A stretch of DNA of 64,000 bases, taken from contig JAHBVR010000009.1 of assembly GCA_019637395.1 (NCBI GenBank), positions 266,412-330,411 of the forward strand. Reading direction: 5' to 3'. This DNA comes from Vulcanimicrobiota bacterium (GTDB taxonomy: Bacteria > Vulcanimicrobiota > Xenobia > Xenobiales > JADMJV01). The translations under genes and the position numbers were made by a program. Under the pieces are notes generated by a model. The model had not been told where the DNA came from, did not search any database, and saw only the letters and a list, made by a program, of their open reading frames with translations. Below are positions 20,301-27,648 of this stretch, piece by piece (position 1 is the stretch's first letter; every line of letters starts with the position of its first letter).

Positions 20301-20918
20301 TCCCGCCTCGAGGAAAGCTACGACGGCCCGCTCTTTGACGCTCTGCGCCAGCTCTCCATCGAACCCGATTCGGTGCCTTATGCCGATCTGGTCACCCTGC
20401 GAGTGGTCAGCCAGGCCGTGCGGGAGGTCTCGGGCATCACCTGCTACCAGGTGGATGGGCTGGGCACCATGGGCGAGGTAACGGCCGCCTCCACCGTCAA
20501 GGTGATTGCCAAGCTGGGACGAGCCGCCCAAATGCGCAGCCGCGCCGACAAGTCGCACGTGCTGGTGGGCACCAAGGAATGGTGCGTGCGTCGCGGCTCC
20601 ACCTACATCGGGCGCGGCCGCAAGGACCAATGCCCGATCATGATCGTACCCAGCGCTCCGCGCGGACAGGTCGAACGGCTGGCCCTGCTGCATCTGGATT
20701 TGCACGATCAACTGGCCATCGACCACAAGGTTTCGCTGTTGCGCGACCTGTCGGGTCGCTACGAGGACGTCAAAAGCCAGGTGCTGGAAACCGACGCGGA
20801 ATGGACGGACGCGGTTTTGGAGGGCATCTCCGCGGCCGATCTGATTTTGCTGCCCGTCGAACAACTTACCGAGCGCGTGCTGGCCTATTTTACCAAGGGC
20901 CAGGAAGCCAGAGTATGA
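17400..20918 (+). CDS. Giant GlmS-like glutamine amidotransferase (class II Ntn) with two SIS domains plus large insertion and C-terminal extension
   Basis: Start MCGIAGL (Cys2 nucleophile) with RBS GAGGAG 8 nt upstream. GATase-2 motifs RGRDSLGF and HTRWASNG. SIS motifs LFIGQGTA..SQSGTTTDT and WAIVGSGPTRAAADE. 1172 aa against about 610 for canonical GlmS. Confidence 0.8.
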   Translation: MCGIAGLVYEYNSSTPAKDWPALEEALQRLRNHTPDWNQPDPVLPLLDSVEEQLRDIREWPILSQLWSNPGRQEQLNQAAIGLDFWDQQLQKATTSSDLSIALLETWNAISVRVRDIGWTLQQDALGGLRRCAALLPHAWRDNPKACFEAWKLTVTLENIGRMEVRGRDSLGFSVMVSFPERASLGVWRDKLNETQQHLLHQRLQGVDLVDQAIVLDEASVIFVYKVAQEVGALGDNVAQITSQMKRDELLWLALAPETSRVNVFSHTRWASNGIISEPNCHPISELTLKQNGKTSGAPSPHRIMVCLNGDVDNYQELCARITSETGRTIPAKITTDTKIIPVLVDYNFQKCKDMREAFIKTVQHCEGSIAVIMHNSLEPKRIYLALRGSGQALFVGLCRYGYVFASELYGVVEQTQRFFRVDGTTERVPGKPDSAGQVVVLESNGAGEMEAVELWSFDGERLPCDQVKIHQAEITTRDINRGSFSHYLLKEINEAPESIRKTLRGKFQLDAEARQARMNLDSKVIPDEALERLRQGQIRRLLFIGQGTAAVAGQAVAAIASRVLGSKLAVQAMKATELSGYSMDQKLDDALIIAISQSGTTTDTNRTVDMAKAHGATVMAIVNRRNSDLVYKVDGVLYTSDGRDIEMSVASTKAFYSQVVAGYLVTYHLASLLGLMEQQELYRELSELMRLPDLMKAVLADPGRIREFAEHWAPVRRDWAIVGSGPTRAAADEIRIKLSELCYKSIATDYIEDKKHIDLSSEPLTLVCAAGLPLVALKDAVKEVAIFKAHKSVPIVITTEGFTAFEPYAAGVLYVPKSSEAASVLLNTLVGHLWGYFCAGAIDRGAEQLRHARALAVQVLTESDKIELSPSLLRQVRDLGRRFQDELWRGRFNSSLSLEVGSKLGGLFQYFTGASSLRQFAAEFQAPPTAGGVAEVLVQSLSQAIAELSRPIDAIKHQAKTVTVGISRLEESYDGPLFDALRQLSIEPDSVPYADLVTLRVVSQAVREVSGITCYQVDGLGTMGEVTAASTVKVIAKLGRAAQMRSRADKSHVLVGTKEWCVRRGSTYIGRGRKDQCPIMIVPSAPRGQVERLALLHLDLHDQLAIDHKVSLLRDLSGRYEDVKSQVLETDAEWTDAVLEGISAADLILLPVEQLTERVLAYFTKGQEARV

Positions 20919-20927
20919 CCCTGACTG

Positions 20928-20957
20928 TTGACAATCTCGGGTTGTACTCAGTATAGT
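20928..20957 (+). promoter_or_regulatory. Sigma70-like promoter for rpmH-rnpA operon (TTGACA-N18-TATAGT)
   Basis: Consensus -35 and near-consensus -10 about 25 nt upstream of the rpmH RBS GGAGGAA. Confidence 0.45.
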
Positions 20958-20980
20958 GTCCGCTCAGCCGGAGGAACAAG

Positions 20981-21115
20981 ATGAAACGCACTTATCAACC
21001 CAAAAAGAAGACTCGCAAAACCGAGCACGGATTCTTCAAACGGATGAGCACTCCGGGCGGCCGTAAGGTTCTGTCCCGCCGCCGGGCCAAGGGACGGGTA
21101 CGTCTCACCTATTAA
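20981..21115 (+). CDS. rpmH: 50S ribosomal protein L34
   Basis: Hand translation [44 protein letters not shown]. Below the ORF-track length cut-off. RBS GGAGGAA. Confidence 0.9.
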   Translation: MKRTYQPKKKTRKTEHGFFKRMSTPGGRKVLSRRRAKGRVRLTY

Positions 21116-21118
21116 AAG

Positions 21119-21481
21119 GTGGGCTCGCTTGAAACCCTGAGAAGAAACTGGGAGTTTCAGCAAGTATTTCGCGTCGGGAAGTCAGTTCCAGGGCGCGAAA
21201 TTGTTTTGTACGGCTTGCGCACCAAGCGCAAACTGGCTCGCTTCGGTTTCTCCATCAGCAAGAAGGTCGGCTGTGCCGTCGTGCGCAACCGTGTGCGTCG
21301 GCGCCTGCGGGAAATCTGCCGCCTGCACCTGCCCGATCTGAAAGCCGGCTGGGACCTGGTGATGGTGGTGCGCAGCGAGGCAGCCGAACGCGATTTCCGA
21401 GCCTTGCAGGTGGCTTTTCAGCAACAAGCTCAGCGGTTAGGATGTTGGAGTGAGCAAACCCAGCCTGCCGGCACGCTTTAG
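21119..21481 (+). CDS. rnpA: RNase P protein component
   Basis: Basic RnpA-like sequence [29 protein letters not shown] start 3 nt after the rpmH stop. Confidence 0.85.
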   Translation: MGSLETLRRNWEFQQVFRVGKSVPGREIVLYGLRTKRKLARFGFSISKKVGCAVVRNRVRRRLREICRLHLPDLKAGWDLVMVVRSEAAERDFRALQVAFQQQAQRLGCWSEQTQPAGTL

Positions 21482-21674
21482 TCTGTTTTTTATCCGCTGC
21501 TACCAGTCGACCGCGCCCTTTCGGCCCGCCATGTGCCGCTTCACTCCCTCATGCTCCGAATATACCAGGCAGGCGATCGAAAAATATGGACTGATCAAGG
21601 GGGGATGGCTGGGCACGAAGCGAATCTGCCGATGTCAACCATTCTATCCCGGGGGACACGACCCCGTTCCGTAA
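21450..21674 (+). CDS. yidD: Membrane protein insertion efficiency factor YidD
   Basis: [22 protein letters not shown] motifs. Confidence 0.85.
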   Translation: MSKPSLPARFSLFFIRCYQSTAPFRPAMCRFTPSCSEYTRQAIEKYGLIKGGWLGTKRICRCQPFYPGGHDPVP

Positions 21675-21680
21675 GCATTC

Positions 21681-22397
21681 ATGGATATCATCGCACCAAT
21701 CGCAAAATTTATGTCAGGCCTGCTTGAGGCCATCAATCACTTCACGGGCAACTACGGTTTGACCCTGGTGGTCTTCGCTGCCATCATCAAACTGGTGCTG
21801 TATAAGCCCACGCTGCAGATGTACCGGTCTCAAAAGGACATGGAAGTCATCAAGCCCAAAATGGAGGCACTGAAAAAGCAGCACGCCGACGACCCCAAGA
21901 AGCTAAATGAAGAAATCATGAAAATGTACAGCGAAGCCGGAGTCAATCCTCTGGCCGGCTGTCTACCTCTGCTGGTGCAGATGCCCATCATTTTCGGCAT
22001 CCTGCGCGCCATCAGCAGCAATCCCGATACCTACCGGAGCGCTTACTTTCTGTGGATTCATCCGGGCACTCTGCAGGGTATGTTTCCCAGCTATTTTGCC
22101 TCCAGCCTGGCCGACGCCGACCTGGCCATGGTGCTTTTCTACGGCTTTATGATGCTGCTTTCGCAAAAATTCACCCCCAGCCAGGGCGACCCGCAGCAGA
22201 AGGCCATCGGCCTGTATATGAGCATCTTCTTCACCTACATGATGTGGTCGATGAAATGGCCCTGCGCCCTGATTCTCTACTGGAGTTCTTTCCAGTTCTT
22301 CAGCGTGCTGCAGCAGGTGTGGATCCTCAAAACACTGGCGCTACCTGGGTCCGCCAAAGTGGAAGTCATCAAACCGCCCAGTCCAGCTAAAGCTTGA
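21681..22397 (+). CDS. yidC: Membrane protein insertase YidC, short form without large periplasmic domain
   Basis: 60-kDa inner-membrane insertase core with 5 TM segments, PLAGCLPLLVQMPIIFG, 238 aa. Confidence 0.85.
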   Translation: MDIIAPIAKFMSGLLEAINHFTGNYGLTLVVFAAIIKLVLYKPTLQMYRSQKDMEVIKPKMEALKKQHADDPKKLNEEIMKMYSEAGVNPLAGCLPLLVQMPIIFGILRAISSNPDTYRSAYFLWIHPGTLQGMFPSYFASSLADADLAMVLFYGFMMLLSQKFTPSQGDPQQKAIGLYMSIFFTYMMWSMKWPCALILYWSSFQFFSVLQQVWILKTLALPGSAKVEVIKPPSPAKA

Positions 22398-22420
22398 AAC
22401 CAAAAAGGGAGGTCGTCACG

Positions 22421-22981
22421 TTGAGAAATTTCTCGTCGGACGCACAATATGCCGAGGATGTGGCCGAGGAAGAAAAACCCGCTCGCTCCTCGGGCAGCAA
22501 ATCCGCTTCGGCGGACGATAACTATGACGAAGAGGATGATCCGATAGCCGATCTGCTCTTCGACATTATGGATCTGATGGGAATCGAAGCGGAAATCGAG
22601 TTCGAAGAACGCGACGACCACATTCGCTACCATATCGAGGGCCCCGAGCTGGGAGTGTTGATCGGGCGCCACGGGCAGACGCTGGAAGCGCTCCAGTTTC
22701 TGGTCGGCGTGATCAACGCCCGGCGCAGCCTGGTGGACTATCGCGTGGTGATCGACGTGGAGGGCTACCGGGAGCGCCGCGAAAAGCAACTGCGCGACCT
22801 GGCCCGCCGTTCGGCTCTCAAGGCCAACCGCGAAGGCCGCAAAATCGTGCTCTCCCCCATGCCTCCCGGTGACCGCCGCGTCATCCACCTGACCCTGGCC
22901 GGTGACACCAGCGTCAAGACCTACTCTGAGGGAGAAGAGCCCGACCGTTGCGTGGTAATTTCTCCAGGAGATCAAGAATAG
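22421..22981 (+). CDS. jag: Jag/KhpB RNA-binding protein (KH + R3H domains)
   Basis: C-terminal R3H LSPMPPGDRRVIHLTLAGDTSVKTYSEG. Start taken as TTG 7 nt after RBS AAGGGAGG; the ORF track begins at 22394. Confidence 0.75.
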   Translation: MRNFSSDAQYAEDVAEEEKPARSSGSKSASADDNYDEEDDPIADLLFDIMDLMGIEAEIEFEERDDHIRYHIEGPELGVLIGRHGQTLEALQFLVGVINARRSLVDYRVVIDVEGYRERREKQLRDLARRSALKANREGRKIVLSPMPPGDRRVIHLTLAGDTSVKTYSEGEEPDRCVVISPGDQE

Positions 22982-24327
22982 AGCCCACTGATACCATCGT
23001 GGCTGTCGCCACTCCTCCCGGTGAGGGAGGGGTGGCGATTGTGCGTTTGAGCGGTCCGCTGGCGCCGGTCATCCTCAAACGTCTGCATGGCCGCGCGCGC
23101 GCGCGCTGGGAATCGCACAAGCTCTACTATGGACCCATTGTCCAGGCGGATGGACAGGTGCTGGACCAGGGGCTGGTCACCTGGATGAAGGCTCCTCGTT
23201 CTTACACCGGCGAGGAAGTGGCCGAACTCCATTTACACGGAGGCCAGGCACTGGCTCAACTGGTCGTGCAGAACTGCCTGATCCACGGAGCCCGTCTGGC
23301 CGAACCGGGCGAATTCACCCTGCGTGCCTTTTTGAATGGCAAACTGGACTTGACCCAGGCCGAAGCGGTGCAACAGTTGATCCACAGTCGCAGCCAGCTG
23401 GCCGCTCAGTTGGCCAGCCGCAACCTGACCGGCTATTTTTCCAACCAGGTGGACGCGGTGCGCAAAGACCTGTTGCACTGGCTCTCTTTGCTGGAAGCCG
23501 AAATCGATTTTGGCGATGAAGTGCCGGGTCTGCCCCTGGAACAGTCTTTGCTGCGCTGGGGCCGAGCTTTTGAGACGGTGGATCGGCTGCTGCAGCAGGG
23601 ACAGTCCGGCAAGATCCTGGCCGACGGCTTGCGCACGGTGATCCTGGGTGCTCCTAATGCCGGCAAGTCCACCCTGATGAACCTGCTCTTGGGTCGCTCA
23701 CGGGCTCTGGTCACCGATATTGCCGGGACGACGCGCGATACCCTGGAAGAACCACTGATTGTGGCCGGCATTTCGCTGCTGCTGGTAGATACGGCCGGCC
23801 TGCGCCGGGATAGTCAAGATAGGGTCGAACAACTGGGCATCGAGCGCTCGCGGCAGGAAGCCGAACAAGCCGACCTGATCCTGTGGGTCGTCGACGGCAG
23901 TCAGGACCAACCCCCGGATGCCGAGTTTTATCAAATCGTCTTTGACCGCCCGCATTTACTCCTTTTGAATAAACGAGACCTGGGTCTGGCCCCCTGGACA
24001 GCCGATGACCAGGGAAGGCCTATCGGTCTACCGATATCCTTGCTGGAAGGCACCGGTTCGCTACTGCATCAGGTGGAGCAATTGGTGCGCGAACTGGTAG
24101 GCGAACAGACCGACGTCATGCGCCTGACGCACCGGCAATGGGAAACCCTGCTGCGCGCCCGTGAGTCTTTGCAGCGTTTAGGAGAGGCCCTGGAAGCCGG
24201 GATGTCGGCCGAATTTCTGGCTCTCGATCTGCGCGCCGCCGTGCAGGCCCTCGGCCAAATTCAAGGCCTGGACGTAGGCGAAGAGATCCTCGACCGGATT
24301 TTCTCGACTTTCTGCCTGGGCAAGTGA
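22948..24327 (+). CDS. mnmE: tRNA modification GTPase MnmE
   Basis: DTIVAVATPPGEGGVAIVRLSG, G1 GAPNAGKST, G2 TTRD, G3 DTAG, C-terminal CLGK. TTG start overlaps the jag stop. Confidence 0.9.
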   Translation: MRGNFSRRSRIEPTDTIVAVATPPGEGGVAIVRLSGPLAPVILKRLHGRARARWESHKLYYGPIVQADGQVLDQGLVTWMKAPRSYTGEEVAELHLHGGQALAQLVVQNCLIHGARLAEPGEFTLRAFLNGKLDLTQAEAVQQLIHSRSQLAAQLASRNLTGYFSNQVDAVRKDLLHWLSLLEAEIDFGDEVPGLPLEQSLLRWGRAFETVDRLLQQGQSGKILADGLRTVILGAPNAGKSTLMNLLLGRSRALVTDIAGTTRDTLEEPLIVAGISLLLVDTAGLRRDSQDRVEQLGIERSRQEAEQADLILWVVDGSQDQPPDAEFYQIVFDRPHLLLLNKRDLGLAPWTADDQGRPIGLPISLLEGTGSLLHQVEQLVRELVGEQTDVMRLTHRQWETLLRARESLQRLGEALEAGMSAEFLALDLRAAVQALGQIQGLDVGEEILDRIFSTFCLGK

Positions 24328-24339
24328 TAATATCGCCGA

Positions 24340-26208
24340 ATGGAAATCAAGACCGACGTTCTGGTCGTGGGAGCCGGCCACGCCGGCTGTGAAGCCGCTC
24401 TGGCGGCAGCTCGCATGGGTTGTCGCGTCACCGTTTTGACGGCCAGCCTGCAGCAGGTGGCTCGCATGCCCTGCAATCCCTCCATCGGCGGACCCGCCAA
24501 AGCCCATCTGGTCAAGGAGGTAGACGCGCTGGGTGGGGCCATGGGTCGAGCCATCGACGAAACCCACATTCACATTCGTATGCTCAACACCAGCAAAGGT
24601 CCGGCCGTGCAAGCTCTGCGAGCTCAGGCCGACCGACCCCGCTACTCCGAACGGGTGAAACTGGAAGTGGTTTCCCACCCCAACATCCAGATTCATCAGG
24701 ACCTGATTCAGGAACTGCACCTGCACAGGGGTGAAATCATGGGCGCCAGCGGAGCTTCCGGCACTCTCTACCGGGCCGGAGCCACCGTGCTGACCACCGG
24801 CACTTTTCTGGGTGGCCTGATCCATATGGGAGAGACCTCTTTTGCCGCCGGCCGGAGTGGAGAACCGCCGGCTCTGGCCCTTTCGCATTCGTTGCGAGCC
24901 TGCGGCCTGGAACTGGGCCGCCTCAAGACCGGCACGACGCCGCGGCTGCACCGCGACACTATCAACTGGCAGGCCATGGAGGAGCAGACTCCGACCGAGA
25001 CCCCGCTGGCCTTCTCGGAAATGTCGCCGCTGCAATTGCCGCCCAGGCAGCTCAGTTGCTATTTGACGCGCACCAGCCTGGCCACCAAGCAAGTCATCCT
25101 GGCCAACCTGCATCGCAGTCCGATGTACATCGGCCTGATCGAAGGCACCGGGCCGCGCTACTGCCCTTCCATCGAAGACAAGATGGTGCGTTTTGGCGAC
25201 AAGGATACTCATCAGATCTTTGTAGAGCCCGAAGGGTTTGATGTACCCGAGGTTTATCTCCAAGGAGTATCCACCAGCCTGCCGCTGGACGTACAGTGGG
25301 AGATTGTGCACAGCATCCCGGGCCTGGAAAACGCCACCATTCTACGCCCCGGCTACGCGGTCGAGTACGACTTCGTGCATCCCACTCAGTTGCAGCACAG
25401 TTTGGAGGTGACCCGCCTGCGGCGCCTTTTCCTGGCCGGGCAGATCAACGGCACCTCGGGTTACGAGGAAGCCGCCGCCCAGGGCATCCTGGCCGGCATC
25501 AACGCCGCCCGCCGCGCCTCGGGCGCCGAAACCATCGAATTGGGACGCGAACAAGCTTACCTGGGCGTGCTCATCGACGACCTGGTCAGCCGCGGAACCA
25601 GCGAGCCCTATCGAATGCACACTTCGCGCGCGGAATACCGGCTACTGTTGCGTCAGGACAATGCCGACGAGCGCTTGACCGAGTTGGGCCACCGCTGGGG
25701 TTGCGTGGGCACCGCTCAATATCAAACTTTCTGCGAAAAACAGGGCGTCAGTCAGCGAGAATACGAACGGTTACAAACCACTCGCCTCAAGCCGGCCGAT
25801 GCCGAAAAGGCCAGTGAGGCCTTCAAAACTCCGGTCAAGCCGGGCTGCAGCCTCTACGAACTGCTCAAGCGCCCCCACATCGAGTTGGCGCAAATCCGCC
25901 GCTTCGAAGGCCTCGAGGAGTTGCCCCAGCGCATCCTGGAGCGGGTGGAAATCCGCGTCAAATACGATGGCTATATGAAACGGCAGGACGACGAAGTGGC
26001 CCGGGCACGACGCATGGAAGACCGGGAGCTTCCGCCAGATTTGGAGTATACCGGATTGCGCACGCTGTCGTCGGAGGCGCGCGAGAAACTTTCCCGCCAG
26101 CGCCCGCGCACACTGGGTCAGGCATCCCGCATTCCCGGCGTCACTCCCTCGGATATCGCCACCTTGTTAGTGCACTTGAAACAGGCCCGTCCATGCAAAA
26201 CACTCTAG
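24340..26208 (+). CDS. mnmG: tRNA uridine 5-carboxymethylaminomethyl modification enzyme MnmG (GidA)
   Basis: FAD motif DVLVVGAGHAGCEAALAAARMG, 622 aa. Confidence 0.95.
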   Translation: MEIKTDVLVVGAGHAGCEAALAAARMGCRVTVLTASLQQVARMPCNPSIGGPAKAHLVKEVDALGGAMGRAIDETHIHIRMLNTSKGPAVQALRAQADRPRYSERVKLEVVSHPNIQIHQDLIQELHLHRGEIMGASGASGTLYRAGATVLTTGTFLGGLIHMGETSFAAGRSGEPPALALSHSLRACGLELGRLKTGTTPRLHRDTINWQAMEEQTPTETPLAFSEMSPLQLPPRQLSCYLTRTSLATKQVILANLHRSPMYIGLIEGTGPRYCPSIEDKMVRFGDKDTHQIFVEPEGFDVPEVYLQGVSTSLPLDVQWEIVHSIPGLENATILRPGYAVEYDFVHPTQLQHSLEVTRLRRLFLAGQINGTSGYEEAAAQGILAGINAARRASGAETIELGREQAYLGVLIDDLVSRGTSEPYRMHTSRAEYRLLLRQDNADERLTELGHRWGCVGTAQYQTFCEKQGVSQREYERLQTTRLKPADAEKASEAFKTPVKPGCSLYELLKRPHIELAQIRRFEGLEELPQRILERVEIRVKYDGYMKRQDDEVARARRMEDRELPPDLEYTGLRTLSSEAREKLSRQRPRTLGQASRIPGVTPSDIATLLVHLKQARPCKTL

Positions 26209-26858
26209 CGCCGGAAAAGCAGGCACTGCTGCAACAGTATGTGGAGCTTCTTTTGCAGGAAGGTGACCGGCTCGGATTGACGGCCTTTCGTACTCCTGAG
26301 CCCATCTGGAGCGAGCTGATCACCGATTCCGCCTCGGCTGCGGAGAAGCTGCCCGAAGGAGGAAAAATCGTCGACCTGGGCAGCGGTGGCGGTTGCCCGG
26401 GCGTGGTATTGCAAGTTCTACGCCCGGACACCAAGTTCTATCTGCTGGAGTCCAATGGCCGTAAAGCCGGGTTTCTGCGTAGCGTGGTAGAGAAACTCCG
26501 TCTTCCCTCGGAGGTTTTACAAGAACGCTCGGAAACGGTGGCCCATCAACCCGAATACCGCGCCCAGTTCGATATGGTTGTGGCCAAAGCTGTGGCCAGC
26601 CTACCCGTGCTTATCGAGTTGGCGCTACCTCTCTTGAAAGTGAAGGGCAAACTTCTCGCCTACAAGGGACCTCAGGCGCAGCAAGAAGTGGACGAGTCGG
26701 CGGTAGCTTTAAAGAACCTGCATGGCAGGACGCTGGCCGTGGAGCCCTATCACCTGGGCGAAAAAAGCTACTGCCACGTGATTGTAGAGAAAGCCTCGTC
26801 CACTTCCAAAGACTGGCCGCGCCGCCCGGGCATTCCGGCCAAACAACCCCTGAAGTAA
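26193..26858 (+). CDS. rsmG: 16S rRNA (guanine527-N7)-methyltransferase RsmG (GidB)
   Basis: SAM motif VDLGSGGGCPGVVL, 221 aa, overlaps the mnmG stop. Confidence 0.85.
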   Translation: MQNTLAPEKQALLQQYVELLLQEGDRLGLTAFRTPEPIWSELITDSASAAEKLPEGGKIVDLGSGGGCPGVVLQVLRPDTKFYLLESNGRKAGFLRSVVEKLRLPSEVLQERSETVAHQPEYRAQFDMVVAKAVASLPVLIELALPLLKVKGKLLAYKGPQAQQEVDESAVALKNLHGRTLAVEPYHLGEKSYCHVIVEKASSTSKDWPRRPGIPAKQPLK

Positions 26859-27127
26859 GCACGGAAGCGAATTGACGGCTCGTGCCCATCGAAACCCACC
26901 CAAGATGACGCCCTCAACAGGATGCTCGCGCGAGGATTGATCCGCCCCCCCGAGCCAAATATCAGCTATGCCAGGCCACGGGCACATTGTTCCGAGCACG
27001 TCTGGCCGGACCGGGATGATCGTCTTTGAAGTTCTGGGATTCTTCGGCTCTACGCCGTAGTGCTCGTCGAGCCCAGAACTCCGGAGGCCCTCCAAATTCG
27101 CAGCCTGGACCCTGAGTTGGCGGTCTG

Positions 27128-27560
27128 ATGGGCTCGGAGATCGAATGCCGGACGGCCATTGTCCGCAAGCGCCGCGAGAGAGTGCTCGACCAGGCCTCGC
27201 TCAGGCTGGCTCTACAAGGCCTGAGTCAGCTTCTGCGTACGTGTTCTGAAGTGCTGCCATCGACGGAGATCAAAAGGATAGCCGGCCGAATTGGTGACCG
27301 CCACCCTCTCCACGCAGCCGCCGCTCGATTTTGTTGCTTTGACTTAAGGTTGCGGGATGCCGCGCGAGCAGACGGTTTCGGTTGGTCCCCGCCCAAGTCT
27401 AAAGCGCGATCTTGCCCTTTACGTGCTCAACGAAATTTATTGGCGTGATAAGCGCGGACACGAGACCGATCTGGTTTTGCCGTCTCGCCACGGCCGGCTG
27501 ATCACCATCGAATGTCAATGGGCGTTCCGTCGTCAGTATCCCGAGGGAGCCAACCGGGTG
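27128..27560 (+). pseudogene. Decayed C-terminal fragment of an AAA_14/DUF4143-type ATPase gene (frameshifted, N-terminally truncated)
   Basis: Frame +2 IKRIAGR..RFCCFDLRL resembles the DUF4143 middle region. Frame +3 YWRDKRGHETDLVL..ITIECQW resembles the restriction-endonuclease-like C-terminus (YYWR..EVDFVL..IEVK). Stops in all frames near 27335-27350. No room for the N-terminal ATPase domain. Confidence 0.4.
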
Positions 27561-27648
27561 GTTGCCAGTGACGTCGACACCTCCTACCACCGGCAATTCG
27601 ACGAGCTAACCGTGGAGTTTCTCGGATTGAAGGACCTGGTGGAAAGCT

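Noticed and set aside
24178-25311. 377-aa minus ORF overlapping mnmE/mnmG
   Set aside because: Antisense to two strongly supported conserved genes
26859-27130. Possible small RNA (SRP, RNase P, tmRNA) in the rsmG 3' gap
   Set aside because: No conserved ncRNA core motifs (e.g. GGAAGGAAGCAGC for 4.5S, GGAAAGTCCGG for RNase P RNA) found by eye. Region better explained as a gene remnant
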